Assembly: GCA_049903315.1 (NCBI GenBank)
Contig: JBNGBT010000012.1
Location: 26,556 to 90,555, forward strand
DNA from: Candidatus Cloacimonadota bacterium
GTDB lineage: Bacteria; Cloacimonadota; Cloacimonadia; JGIOTU-2
Direction of reading: 5' to 3'
Length of the DNA stretch: 64,000 nucleotides
Part shown: positions 49,860 to 60,255 of the stretch, in pieces
Layout: every line of letters begins with the position of its first letter
Numbering within the stretch: position 1 is the first letter of the stretch
Made by a program: the position numbers and the translations under genes
The notes under the pieces: model-generated
Database searches by the model: none
Seen by the model: only the letters and a program-made list of their open reading frames with translations
Told to the model about the DNA's origin: nothing

Positions 49860-51418
49860 TAAAAGCTGATAAATTTGTGAAAAATGCTGCAGGTCGTCTT
49901 GTACCTACAATCGTGAACGGAAAGCCGGTCATACCTTTCATGGGAGTAAATAAATACATACCCACACACAGAGGAGCCGCACCTCGCGTACCAACAATAG
50001 TAGATTATCCGCAGGATTGTAATAAGGTCGTCGACTCTTTGAAAGATGCTCTTATAAAATCAGGACTGAAAGACGGCATGACAATCTCAACGCATCATCA
50101 TTATCGAAATGGAGATTATGTTGCGAACTGGATTTTTGATATTGCTGCTGAACTTGGTGTGAAAGACCTTGTATGGTTGCCGAGTGCAGCATTCCCCTGC
50201 CATGCCCCGATCATCAAACATCTCGAATCCGGTGTGGTGCATCATATTGAAGGCAGCTTGAACGGACCTCTTGGTGATTTTTGCAGCCGTGGAAAAATGA
50301 AAGGACTTGGCTACCTGAGAAGTCATGGCGGCAGATACAGGGCAGTCGCAGACGGAGAACTTCATATTGATATTGCAGTTTTAGCTACTTCAGCTTCGGA
50401 CATGATGGGCAATGCGAATGGCGTTTATGGAAAAAATCCATTTGGTCCGATGGCATTCTCGAAAGTTGATTCCAAAAATGCAGATAGAACAATTGTGGTG
50501 ACTGATACGCTTATTGATTTCCCCTGCTATCCATGGGAAATCATGGGCAATGACGTAGATTTTGTTGTCGTGGTCGATGAGGTTGGTGATCCACAGAAGA
50601 TCGTTTCAGGAACAACACATCTGACAAAAAGTCCGGACAGATTATTGATCGCTGAGTACGCTGCAAAATTTGTGGAAGCAGCCGGTATTCTTCATGATGG
50701 CATGAACTTTCAGGCTGGTGCAGGAGGTGCGTCGCTTGCCTTTGTAGATTTTATCCAGCAGATGATGATAGACAAAGGCATCAAAGCGAGGAGTATGATA
50801 GGTGGGAGCACAAAATATCTTGTTGATATGATGAATAATGGTCGTGCGGATTATATTTTTGACGGACAAACCTTTGGACTCGAAGCGATCTCTTCATTGC
50901 GAGATAATCCCAGGCATATACCAATCGATGTTTATGAGAGTTATGATTTTCATGCAAAGAGTAATCTTGTGCAGATGATGGATGTGATCGTGCTTGGCAG
51001 TACAGAAGTTGATGTGAATTTCAATGCTAACTGCGTCACACATAGCGACGGGCGCATGCTGCACGGCATTGGTGGATACCAGAACTGTTTAATGGCAAAA
51101 TGTACGATTATTGCTGTGCCCACATTCAGAGATAGGATTCCTGTCATAAAAGATGAAGTTACCACTCTTGTTGCTCCGGGCGAACTTGTTGATGTCATTG
51201 TTACAGAGCGCGGGATTGCGATCAATCCATTGAGAACAGACCTCATTGAAGCGACCAGGAATTCAGGACTTCCAATCCGAGATATTAATGATATTAAAGC
51301 GGAAGTTGATGATATGTGTGGGGTGCTGGTTAAGCCAAAACTCTCTGATGAAGCAGTAGCGGTCGTTGAATGGGTGGATGGAACCATACTTGATACTATA
51401 CGAAAGATCGAAGAATAA
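49856..51418 (+). CDS. citF: Citrate lyase alpha subunit (citrate CoA-transferase)
   Basis: GLKDGMTISTHHHYRNGD, RSHGGR, FQAGAGGASL, EVDVNFN, VTERGIAINP. Confidence 0.93.
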   Translation: MIKADKFVKNAAGRLVPTIVNGKPVIPFMGVNKYIPTHRGAAPRVPTIVDYPQDCNKVVDSLKDALIKSGLKDGMTISTHHHYRNGDYVANWIFDIAAELGVKDLVWLPSAAFPCHAPIIKHLESGVVHHIEGSLNGPLGDFCSRGKMKGLGYLRSHGGRYRAVADGELHIDIAVLATSASDMMGNANGVYGKNPFGPMAFSKVDSKNADRTIVVTDTLIDFPCYPWEIMGNDVDFVVVVDEVGDPQKIVSGTTHLTKSPDRLLIAEYAAKFVEAAGILHDGMNFQAGAGGASLAFVDFIQQMMIDKGIKARSMIGGSTKYLVDMMNNGRADYIFDGQTFGLEAISSLRDNPRHIPIDVYESYDFHAKSNLVQMMDVIVLGSTEVDVNFNANCVTHSDGRMLHGIGGYQNCLMAKCTIIAVPTFRDRIPVIKDEVTTLVAPGELVDVIVTERGIAINPLRTDLIEATRNSGLPIRDINDIKAEVDDMCGVLVKPKLSDEAVAVVEWVDGTILDTIRKIEE

Positions 51419-51477
51419 TATACGAAAAATAGACAAATACAGAAGGCGATAATACACATTATCGCCTTCATTTTTAT

Positions 51478-51506
51478 AAAAAAAGCCCTTCTTGCAAAGG
51501 GCTTTT
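51478..51506. terminator. Bidirectional terminator between convergent citF and the PDZ gene
   Basis: AAAAAAAGCCCTT-loop-AAGGGCTTTT; second hairpin GAAGGCGATAAT/ATTATCGCCTTC at about 51442-51469. Confidence 0.75.
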
Positions 51507-51535
51507 GGGAGAAACGAGCTTTCTATCGTGTAATC

Positions 51536-52777
51536 TTAGATCGCTCCGCTATCTTCGATGCGTAATACATCGACATTCAATTTTTTAAGTTTTTCCTGAA
51601 GTGAATCCAATTTTGTATCTAGTTTTGAACCCTCTTTATCAAAACCCTGCTGGATCTTCTGCAAGATATTTTCGAAATCAAGGATCTTCTTCTCATCACC
51701 ATCTATATACATCTTCATCAATCCGTTATCGATTGATATCTGCAACTGGTCAGCAAAATCGGATTTTTCTCCAACCTTTGTCGTGACAGCGATAACTTGC
51801 CCATCACGCAGGACATCAACAACGATATCGTTATCAACCTCTACATCATCGAGAATCGTTGAAATATCATTGATATCGTCAACCAGAATACCATTGATCT
51901 CAACAATGACATCTTTTTCCTGTAGCGAAGATTCTGCAGCGGGAGAGCCCTCGTAGATCTTGTTTATAAGTAGCCCTTTGGCGTCATCGAGTTTATCAAC
52001 CTGCAGACCGAGCCATTTGCCATCCTTGTCTTTGTAATTCCACACATATACATTACTTGGTTTATCAAACCATTCATAATTTCCGAAGATTTTTTTGTTG
52101 ATCTCTTTCTTTCCAAGGACCACATTAAATGTCTTGTATTCTCCATCTCTGAAAACATCGACAGTAACGGTCTGTTCCGGTTCCATACCTTGCAGCATTT
52201 TGCTGATCTGGTCTGACGTATAGACATGCTGACCTGCAAGATCGAGCATGATATCTCCCCCGAGTATACCTGCCTCAGCACTGGGTCCGTCTTTAACGAT
52301 ATCAGAAATCAAAACACCATAATTGGTATTGAGTCCCTTTTTCTCGTATTCTTTGTCTTTCATGTCTGAAAGATACACACCAAGGTATGCTTTGTATTCC
52401 GGCTTGGGCTCAAAATCTGCTTTATTTGCAAGGGTAAGTTTTATTGTTTTTTCACCGCCATCGCGATAAATTTTGAACTTTACTTTCTGCCCGGGTTTAT
52501 ACATTTTGAGCATTTTTGTGAACTGGTCATGATTGAAGAGCTTTGTCCCATCCATTTCCAGGATGATGTCCTTACTCATCATTCCAGCTTCTTTTGCAGG
52601 CGTGTCATCTATCACACCATTGACGATGATGCCGTATTCAACTCCGGCATCTTCATAATCCCAGATATCCCCTGGATAGATTCCGACAAATGCCTTTTCC
52701 TCTGCAGCAAGGGGTTGTAGCATTGCAAGCAATAGGATTACGACAGCTAAGATCGGAACGAATTTCTTTTTTTTCAT
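51536..52777 (-). CDS. Secreted protein with three PDZ domains and no protease domain
   Basis: Signal peptide; FVGI...TPAKEAG, YLGV...GPSAEAG, WLGL...SPAAES. Confidence 0.85.
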   Translation of the reverse strand: MKKKKFVPILAVVILLLAMLQPLAAEEKAFVGIYPGDIWDYEDAGVEYGIIVNGVIDDTPAKEAGMMSKDIILEMDGTKLFNHDQFTKMLKMYKPGQKVKFKIYRDGGEKTIKLTLANKADFEPKPEYKAYLGVYLSDMKDKEYEKKGLNTNYGVLISDIVKDGPSAEAGILGGDIMLDLAGQHVYTSDQISKMLQGMEPEQTVTVDVFRDGEYKTFNVVLGKKEINKKIFGNYEWFDKPSNVYVWNYKDKDGKWLGLQVDKLDDAKGLLINKIYEGSPAAESSLQEKDVIVEINGILVDDINDISTILDDVEVDNDIVVDVLRDGQVIAVTTKVGEKSDFADQLQISIDNGLMKMYIDGDEKKILDFENILQKIQQGFDKEGSKLDTKLDSLQEKLKKLNVDVLRIEDSGAI

Positions 52778-52797
52778 GTTTGATACCTCCATGATTT

Positions 52798-53262
52798 TTA
52801 GAATAATGTATTAGATGCAAGCTGAACCGGCTGGGAAGTAAATTCTGAGACGATCAGCAGCGCATCATTTGTTTGTTGTGATCTATATTTTCTTACAACA
52901 TATGCTTTGTCTTGAACATAGTTGTCAGGATTGAACTCTGATCCAATAGACGGATTATGAATTGTAGTATAGCGGAAATAATCATTTAACGGTGTCCATT
53001 CATCTGGCTGAATTGCAGATCCTTCTGATGTACGAAAAGTAAAATTATGTGCTCTCAGCGCAAACTGCGGTTTGATAATGAGCCCGATTGCAACTACAAA
53101 AAAGAGCACAGCAAAACCAACTGCCCATTTTAATTGGGTCTGTGCTTTTCTGGTCGGGCTGAAATAATGTCCCTCCAATTGAGCTTTAAGTTCCTGCTCA
53201 AAAGGATCGCTTTCAAGTTTTGGAATGCTCATGTTATCTAACTTGTCTTCAAACTTTTTCAT
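52798..53262 (-). CDS. Putative single-pass anti-sigma factor
   Basis: Overlaps the ECF sigma stop; short cytoplasmic N-terminus, one TM helix. Confidence 0.55.
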   Translation of the reverse strand: MKKFEDKLDNMSIPKLESDPFEQELKAQLEGHYFSPTRKAQTQLKWAVGFAVLFFVVAIGLIIKPQFALRAHNFTFRTSEGSAIQPDEWTPLNDYFRYTTIHNPSIGSEFNPDNYVQDKAYVVRKYRSQQTNDALLIVSEFTSQPVQLASNTLF

Positions 53263-53809
53263 ATGATAGATCTCCCTGTAAAAAATCTCGTAACTTGCCC
53301 AAAGTACGGTGCATCTGAACTTTGATCGTCCCTTCTTTCTGTTTGAGGATCTCGGCGATTTCCTTATGTTTCATCTTCTCAAAGAAGCGTAATGAGATCA
53401 GATTCTGCTCATAAAGGGGAAGCGCTTGTATGGCTTGCTTCAAAGAGTCATAATCAAGATCGATAAGCATCTCACCTGCATTCATTTTTTTCTCTTTCAG
53501 CATCTCTTTCACTGTTTGATCCCGCTTCTCGTTCCTGAAATATTGATTGGTCTCGTTCACTGCGATACGGAATATCCAGGAGCTGAAGGAACATCTTTCT
53601 TTGTTTACAAACCTGTACTTTGTTAAATTCTTCATAGCTTTAAAAAATATATTTGATACGATCTCGTTTCGTGCTGCGTCATCGTTCACTCTATGATATA
53701 CAAAATTATTGATCTTTGGAAAATATTTCTGATACACCTCTCCAAAAGCGGAGATGTCTTTTTTTGCTTTGAGTATGAGCTTTTTTTCAGACACGTTCAT
53801 CTTTTCCAT
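53249..53809 (-). CDS. ECF sigma-70 factor
   Basis: SAFGEVY, FSSWIFRIAVN, region 4 KEIAEIL...GTIKVQMHR. Confidence 0.92.
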   Translation of the reverse strand: MEKMNVSEKKLILKAKKDISAFGEVYQKYFPKINNFVYHRVNDDAARNEIVSNIFFKAMKNLTKYRFVNKERCSFSSWIFRIAVNETNQYFRNEKRDQTVKEMLKEKKMNAGEMLIDLDYDSLKQAIQALPLYEQNLISLRFFEKMKHKEIAEILKQKEGTIKVQMHRTLGKLRDFLQGDLSYEKV

Positions 53810-53930
53810 GTTTCATATACCTTTATAACGCATTCATTTGCGAATGGTTACAATATTTATTATCAAACCTATTTTCTTGACAAGGACTTTATCCTTTTTA
53901 TAGAGGAATTAACTAATAAGGAGTCATTAA

Positions 53931-55265
53931 ATGAAAAAATTTCTTATCATTACAATTTTTATTTTATTTCTTGCTTCCCTCAGTGCAAAAACCTTTATCC
54001 GAGAATATAACTACCGAGCAGGAGAAGCGGACAGCAAACTCACTGCACGAGCTATTGCTCTGGAGCAGGTAAAACGACTTTTACTTGAAGAAATAGGTGT
54101 GTACATAAGCACATCATTTGAAAATGAGACTATAGAAATTGGGGATGAAGTAAAGGAGCTTACCACAAAAGACATCGAAGTGATATCAGCAGGAATTACT
54201 GAAACCACAATTGTTGAGGAAGATTGGACAGGTGATAACTACTACATCAAAGCTGAGATCGATGTCGATGAAGATGATGTGCTCGAACGCCTTAATGATG
54301 TGGTTCAGGACCAGGAACGGACAGAGGAACTAGAAGAATCCCGCAAAAGAGCTGATGAAGCACTAGCACAGATCGATGAGCTGAACAACAAACTTGCAGC
54401 ACTCCAACAGGAAAACGAAACTCTTAAAACTGAAAAAGAGAAGCTTAATGACAGTAAAATAATTCTCACAGATGAAAAGTATAAGGAAAAGGAATATGAG
54501 ATTGAAGTAAATCAGAGCAAGATCGATCTGCAAAAGAGAGAGTTACAGGAACAATACTTAACAGAGAACAACAAACTTGCAGCCGAACATTGGTTTCAAA
54601 TGGGGGTAACTGCAAAAGACAAAGGCAATTTTAATGAAGCGATAGATAATCTCCAGAAAGCATTGGAATATAATCCGGATGATCCGCGTATTTATGCAGG
54701 ACTTGGGCTTTGCTATCGTATAAAAAGAAATTTTCCAGAAGCAATTGGGTATTATGAAAAATCCCTTAAAATAAAACCGAATTCACCACGAACAATGGTG
54801 GGGCTTGCATTGGTGTATTATAATCAGGGAGACCTGGCAAAAGCAAAAGAGGTTATTATTGAAGCAATTAAACTCCAACCGGATTACATAGATGGCTTAC
54901 TGAATCTTGCAATTATATATAACGAACTTGGTGATTATGATGAAGCACAGGAAATTCTCTTTACTCTCATCAAAACGAAACCGCGATTAGCTGAGGCATT
55001 AAAGTTGCAGCCCAATTACATAAATGGACAACTCAATCTGGCAATTATTTATAACGAGATTGGAAATTATGTGAAAGCGCGGGATATACTTGTACAACTG
55101 ATTAAGAAAGATCCTGAATTAGCTGTCGCTTATTTCCAGCTGAGCGGAGTACAAAAGAATCTCAAAGAAAATGAGAAAGCGCTCATGAATTTGAAAAAAG
55201 CTGCTGAGCTTGGACACGAGAAAGCAATTTTGCTATTGAAGGGAATAAATAAACAGAAGAAATAG
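53931..55265 (+). CDS. Secreted TPR protein (paralog 1)
   Basis: Signal peptide, conserved N-domain, coiled coil, TPRs. Confidence 0.8.
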   Translation: MKKFLIITIFILFLASLSAKTFIREYNYRAGEADSKLTARAIALEQVKRLLLEEIGVYISTSFENETIEIGDEVKELTTKDIEVISAGITETTIVEEDWTGDNYYIKAEIDVDEDDVLERLNDVVQDQERTEELEESRKRADEALAQIDELNNKLAALQQENETLKTEKEKLNDSKIILTDEKYKEKEYEIEVNQSKIDLQKRELQEQYLTENNKLAAEHWFQMGVTAKDKGNFNEAIDNLQKALEYNPDDPRIYAGLGLCYRIKRNFPEAIGYYEKSLKIKPNSPRTMVGLALVYYNQGDLAKAKEVIIEAIKLQPDYIDGLLNLAIIYNELGDYDEAQEILFTLIKTKPRLAEALKLQPNYINGQLNLAIIYNEIGNYVKARDILVQLIKKDPELAVAYFQLSGVQKNLKENEKALMNLKKAAELGHEKAILLLKGINKQKK

Positions 55266-55415
55266 CTGAAATTCAGTATTCACATTAAGTATTCTAAACG
55301 CTATTATTTTATTGCTGCGTCACTAACAATAGGACGAAGAATAAAATAAAATGTAATAACTTTGACAAATCCATAATTACTGATATATTTCTATCAGTTC
55401 ATAAGGAGTTATTCT

Positions 55416-56732
55416 ATGAAAAAAAATCTCATATTTTTAATATTTATCTTTATAGCTGTTTCTCTTTCTGCGAAAACCTTTATACGGGAGTACAGCTATC
55501 AGGCTGGTGAAGCAGACAGCAAACTCTCTGCCCGGGCAATCGCACTTGAACAGGTCAAACGTCTGTTACTTGAAGAAGTAGGTGTGTATATCAGCACTTC
55601 TCTCGAAATTGAAACAATTGAAATCAGTGATGAAGTAAAGGATTTGACAAAACAGGAAATCGAGGTTATCTCTGCCGGTATTACGGAGACGAAGATCGTC
55701 AGTGAGAAATGGAATGGGGAGTCTTATTGGTTGAAAGCTGAAATCCAGCTCGATGAAAATGATGTCTTAAAAAGACTCGAGGACCTTGTAAACAACAAGG
55801 AATATAAGAAAGTTATTGAAGACAATCGTAAAATTACTGACGAAGCACTTGCAGAAATAGAAAGACTGCGCTCCGAACTTGAGCAGGAAAAAGATAAAAA
55901 CAAGCAGGCACAACTGCAGCAAGCTTACATCACAGAAACAGAAAAATTGAGTGCTTTGAATTTATATGAAAAGGGTTCAGAAGCTTTTTATAATGATAAT
56001 CTCGAGCAGGCTGTGACATATTTAGAAGAATCTGTAAAAATTGATCCAACCTCTACAATTGCATGGTTTACTTTAGGTATTGTTCATAAAATAAACAGCG
56101 ACTATGGGCAGGCGATCAAATGTTATAATAAGATATTGGAGTTAGATTCGCTGTATTCTTACGCCATAGTTGGACTCGGCGAAATTTACCACGAAAAACA
56201 TGACTATGACAAAGCCGTTTTTTATTATAAAAAAGCCTTGGAAATAGATCCTCAGGATTTTAGCGCTTACATAAATCTTGGAATGGCTTATGAGAATATG
56301 GAATATTATGATGAAGCTATCACTTGTTATAAAGAAATGCTGGAATTTGATACTGAAACCTCGTATGAGATCGGTTGCCTGGCACGTGTATATGAAAAAA
56401 TGGAAGACTATTACAACGCAATAACCTATTATAATCTTATACTAGAGCAAGATCCTCAAGACCTTTTGAGTTTGATGTATTTAGGAGATATTTACTGCAA
56501 AGTTAAGGATTATTCTCACGCAGTTGACACTTACAAAAAAGCCTTTGTAGTAGAACCGGAAAATATCTGGGTTTTAAATAGTCTTGGATATGCGTATGCA
56601 TACATGGGTGATATAGCGAACAGGGATAAATATTACATCAAATCAGCTCAGCTTGGCGATACAGAAATTCAGGACTGGTGCGATTCAGTCGGCATTGAGT
56701 GGCGTATTGATAAAATTCAACGAAGGCAATAA
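55416..56732 (+). CDS. Secreted TPR protein (paralog 2)
   Basis: Same N-domain (AKTFIREY..AGEADSKL.ARAIALEQVKRLLLEE), TPRs. Confidence 0.8.
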   Translation: MKKNLIFLIFIFIAVSLSAKTFIREYSYQAGEADSKLSARAIALEQVKRLLLEEVGVYISTSLEIETIEISDEVKDLTKQEIEVISAGITETKIVSEKWNGESYWLKAEIQLDENDVLKRLEDLVNNKEYKKVIEDNRKITDEALAEIERLRSELEQEKDKNKQAQLQQAYITETEKLSALNLYEKGSEAFYNDNLEQAVTYLEESVKIDPTSTIAWFTLGIVHKINSDYGQAIKCYNKILELDSLYSYAIVGLGEIYHEKHDYDKAVFYYKKALEIDPQDFSAYINLGMAYENMEYYDEAITCYKEMLEFDTETSYEIGCLARVYEKMEDYYNAITYYNLILEQDPQDLLSLMYLGDIYCKVKDYSHAVDTYKKAFVVEPENIWVLNSLGYAYAYMGDIANRDKYYIKSAQLGDTEIQDWCDSVGIEWRIDKIQRRQ

Positions 56733-56792
56733 TATTTATTGTCATATATAATTAATATATTTCCTCACTAGCTACGGTGTGAAAACCAAATG

Positions 56793-57314
56793 TTACAAAA
56801 TCCTATGAATAACTTCAATCACTTCATCAATAAGTATATCTCTATTGTGCTTCGTTACTTCAAATAACTCAGCATCCTCTCTCTTTTTTAATTCTTTTGT
56901 CAGTTCACAATCTATTATTTTTATAGATGCCAGTAAGGGCTTTTCAGAATCAAATACTTCTCTTAGGGCATCACAAAATTCCAAACTGAACATCTCCATC
57001 CTGCCGATCTCATCAATCACAATAATATCAGCGTTTTGCAAAGCTCTTTCCATCGCAGGAATGCCGATCTTCTCAAAAGCTTCAATATTCACACCATACT
57101 TATTCACACGATATGGTGACCTCGATCTTTCTGATGCCATGACCATCTGATTGCCTTCATAATCTGTGATATAAAAACCGGTTCGCACTCCGTTCTCTTT
57201 CATTTCGTGAGTGTAAAAGCCGCCGACTTCACAAGAGAGTTGCTGTGTAATTTTATTGATAAGTGTGGTTTTCCCAACACCGGGATAACCTGTAATGAGA
57301 ATGTTATTTGGCAT
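56793..57314 (-). CDS. NTPase (THEP1/NTPase_1 family)
   Basis: ILITGYPGVGKTT, GGFYT, RTGF, VIDEIGRME. Confidence 0.9.
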   Translation of the reverse strand: MPNNILITGYPGVGKTTLINKITQQLSCEVGGFYTHEMKENGVRTGFYITDYEGNQMVMASERSRSPYRVNKYGVNIEAFEKIGIPAMERALQNADIIVIDEIGRMEMFSLEFCDALREVFDSEKPLLASIKIIDCELTKELKKREDAELFEVTKHNRDILIDEVIEVIHRIL

Positions 57315-57435
57315 GGTAACAAAAAATGATATGTTAAACATCAAAGCAAGAAATTTATACTTTGAATATATAAAACTTGATTCAATGAGTATGTATGTAC
57401 AATTTTCAATCAAAATATTACATTGTGGAGTAGTA

Positions 57436-57963
57436 ATGTTTAGAACAATTTCTTCATTCGTCACTCTCGCAGCAATTATAGTTATTATTTCAGCATGTAC
57501 CTGCCCCTATTGCGAAAAACTGGAGTATCAGGACACCCAGACAACTATCGAAGCGGAAATACAAAAACAGGCTGAGAATTTAAGCAAAAAATCAAATCTT
57601 CAGGAAGAGGAAATTCTTGCTGCACTCAGTACTCTTCTATCAGGGAATTCACGCATATTTAGCGCTGCGTATGCAACTGCACCGTATGATGAAAACAATG
57701 AACTGATGGAAACCTATTATGTTTTTCATAAGGACAAAGACTTAAAAACACTCCACGATCCGTCATACAATTTTATGACCTCTGCAAACAGCAACTGGAT
57801 AAAAAAACCCTATCTCAACAAAAAAGCCATGTGGAGCCTTCCCTATTATGATATTGACGGTTCAGGAGCAAAAAACTATATGACAACGTACACGTATCCT
57901 GTCTTAGAAAATGGTAACGTAATATTCATACTTTCTGCTGATTATCTTCTTTCTACAGAATAA
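57436..57963 (+). CDS. Stand-alone Cache/PDC-domain lipoprotein
   Basis: RBS GGAG; lipobox-like ISAC; WSLPYYD...MTTYTYPV Cache motif. Confidence 0.65.
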   Translation: MFRTISSFVTLAAIIVIISACTCPYCEKLEYQDTQTTIEAEIQKQAENLSKKSNLQEEEILAALSTLLSGNSRIFSAAYATAPYDENNELMETYYVFHKDKDLKTLHDPSYNFMTSANSNWIKKPYLNKKAMWSLPYYDIDGSGAKNYMTTYTYPVLENGNVIFILSADYLLSTE

Positions 57964-57974
57964 ACTAAGACCAG

Positions 57975-58397
57975 ATGGACAATTTGGAAATCTATTATAC
58001 AAATTCTCTTCCGGAAGTGGAGCAATATTTCACATTATTTGAAAGTTCTGGTTGGAACAAAGATTATAAGGCAAAACCGGAAGAACTTATTTCGACAATA
58101 AAGGAGAGCTGGTTCTCAGTCAGTGCCTATCATAAAGAAAAACTGGTCGGTTTCGGGCGAATGCTCAGTGACGGGCTTCTTCATGCAGTTTTGTTTGATG
58201 TGATCGTGCTGCCGGATTATCAAAGAAATGGTATTGGCACCGAGATCATGAAACGGCTTCTGGACAAGTGCAAAAAACTTCACATAAGAGATATACAGCT
58301 TTTTTGTGCAGCAAACAACCTCTCTTTTTATCAAAGATTAGGTTTCTGTCCCAGACCGGATAATGCTCCCGGCATGGAAATCAAAATAAAGTATTAA
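57975..58397 (+). CDS. GNAT acetyltransferase
   Basis: LVGFGR, DVIVLPDYQRNGIG, FYQRLGF. Confidence 0.9.
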   Translation: MDNLEIYYTNSLPEVEQYFTLFESSGWNKDYKAKPEELISTIKESWFSVSAYHKEKLVGFGRMLSDGLLHAVLFDVIVLPDYQRNGIGTEIMKRLLDKCKKLHIRDIQLFCAANNLSFYQRLGFCPRPDNAPGMEIKIKY

Positions 58398-58534
58398 ACA
58401 TTTCACTTCGAAATGATAATTTCAATAAACTTGACTCATTTGGAAGCTAAATCTACAAGAATATCAAATGATTCGTGGATTTAAATTTTCATATTATCAT
58501 TACAAAATTTATTAATAAAAAAAAGGAGAATTCT

Positions 58535-59977
58535 ATGTTGAAAAAGGGTATGAGTTTTTTGTTAATTTTCCTCCTTGCCTCGTCGATAGTACTTGCTCAG
58601 GAAGAGACAAAGGAAAGAGAGACCTGGACGGTGAAAAACAACACATGGCTTTGCTGGGATACGTATCAATCAAAGGGGGAACCATCCATTGAACTCAAAC
58701 AGGTGTGGGCTGGCACTAAAGTTATTCCCTTTGCTAACCAAGCATTCAGTTTTAAAGTAGAGTTACCTTCTGGAGAATACGGACTTATTGTAGCGGATGA
58801 TCTTGAAGAAGCACATTGGGTAGTAAATGAACAACCAGATTCAATTAAATTCTATCCAAACGCAGAATATGGACAGGGAAAATATGAACTGCTCCCCCCT
58901 GGTACAAGGGCATATCGAATAGCCACTATTCAGAATGGTGGAGTATATACCGTCAGACTCGAAGATGGAAGAACCGGCTCTGTGATTCGTCATTATATGC
59001 GTTCCCCCTACTTCAAAAGCTTACCTGAGGTAGATCAACAATTTCACAGAATTTTTGCTATAGACAAATTGCAAGAGAATTTGATCAACAATAACAATAC
59101 AAAAGAGCAGACACTGGACTATCTTGGTCCTGCAAGTGCCTTTGTATACACTAATAATGATCAAACGTCATCTGAACTCTATTTTGAATATGTGATAGCA
59201 GTACAACAAAAAATGCGTCATAACGGCATTAAAGTGGTGTATGATAATGACCAAGCCAAGGAGATAGTTTTGCTTGGAAAAGCAAAGAAATCTATTGCTG
59301 AAAAGTTACCACTTGCCGGCTTAATACGCAACATCAATTTCAACTGGATGTCGAACAGTAAGAAGAGTTATTATGATAAATCTGGTGAAAATTGGTGGTC
59401 AAAATTTAGAAAGAAGAACTTCTTCACGAAAGTAATTGGTTTTATTGTATCGATTATAGGAATTTTCATTTTCTTCTCGATTCCACAGCTTATTTCCTGG
59501 CCCTTCAGGCGGCTCATTATCGCGATCAAACCAATGGGAAACGGACTGGTAAAAATTTTCAGCTTCATACTCCTTACTGCGTTTATGTATTTCTTCTTTC
59601 TCGTTCTGACTCTGTTTATTATATTGGATCAGTTCCTTATTATCGCGATATTTACTCTTGTTCCATGGTTTATATTCGTGAAAAGAAACAACAGTAACAT
59701 CAACTACAACCGCTGCCCAAGCTGTCATACGATGTGGAGTGCAGAGGATAAAGGATCCACACATACGGGGACTGAAAAATCACGAGCATGGAAAACACGG
59801 GATGTGTATAAAGGTTCGACAACTTCCGGAAATGTGACCACAAAACATTATGACAGGCATCATGATGAAGAGATCACAACGACTGAAAATTATCTCGACC
59901 ACAGAAAATGCCAGAATTGCGGATATGAATGGGATGTCAATCGTGTCGAGACAAGTAAACATACAATAAAACATTAA
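58535..59977 (+). CDS. Hypothetical membrane protein with C-terminal split zinc ribbon
   Basis: Signal peptide, about 3 TM helices, CPSC...CQNC. Confidence 0.6.
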   Translation: MLKKGMSFLLIFLLASSIVLAQEETKERETWTVKNNTWLCWDTYQSKGEPSIELKQVWAGTKVIPFANQAFSFKVELPSGEYGLIVADDLEEAHWVVNEQPDSIKFYPNAEYGQGKYELLPPGTRAYRIATIQNGGVYTVRLEDGRTGSVIRHYMRSPYFKSLPEVDQQFHRIFAIDKLQENLINNNNTKEQTLDYLGPASAFVYTNNDQTSSELYFEYVIAVQQKMRHNGIKVVYDNDQAKEIVLLGKAKKSIAEKLPLAGLIRNINFNWMSNSKKSYYDKSGENWWSKFRKKNFFTKVIGFIVSIIGIFIFFSIPQLISWPFRRLIIAIKPMGNGLVKIFSFILLTAFMYFFFLVLTLFIILDQFLIIAIFTLVPWFIFVKRNNSNINYNRCPSCHTMWSAEDKGSTHTGTEKSRAWKTRDVYKGSTTSGNVTTKHYDRHHDEEITTTENYLDHRKCQNCGYEWDVNRVETSKHTIKH

Positions 59978-59986
59978 AGGAGTAAC

Positions 59987-60184
59987 ATGAAATTCAAAGA
60001 TTTCGTAATTCAGTTTATCATCACATTTGTGGTTGCATTTATTGCAAGTGCTGTTGTAATATTTTTCTACAATTTGATCATACACGGTTCCGGCAGGTTC
60101 ATGTGGAGCATTTCTGTAATGCTGGCATTCACTGTTGGATTTGCCATACCTTTCAGTACTTTGTATACATCAAAGAAAAAATAA
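59987..60184 (+). CDS. Small two-TM membrane protein
   Basis: RBS AGGAG; two hydrophobic helices. Confidence 0.6.
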   Translation: MKFKDFVIQFIITFVVAFIASAVVIFFYNLIIHGSGRFMWSISVMLAFTVGFAIPFSTLYTSKKK

Positions 60185-60205
60185 GGTTATAACTCAGCAA
60201 ATAGA

Positions 60206-60236
60206 AAAAGGGCAATGAGTTGTTTCATTGTCCTTT
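60206..60236 (+). terminator. Putative terminator hairpin
   Basis: AAAGGGCAATGA-loop-TCATTGTCCTTT. Confidence 0.55.
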
Positions 60237-60255
60237 GATATTTAGTGAAAAAAAT

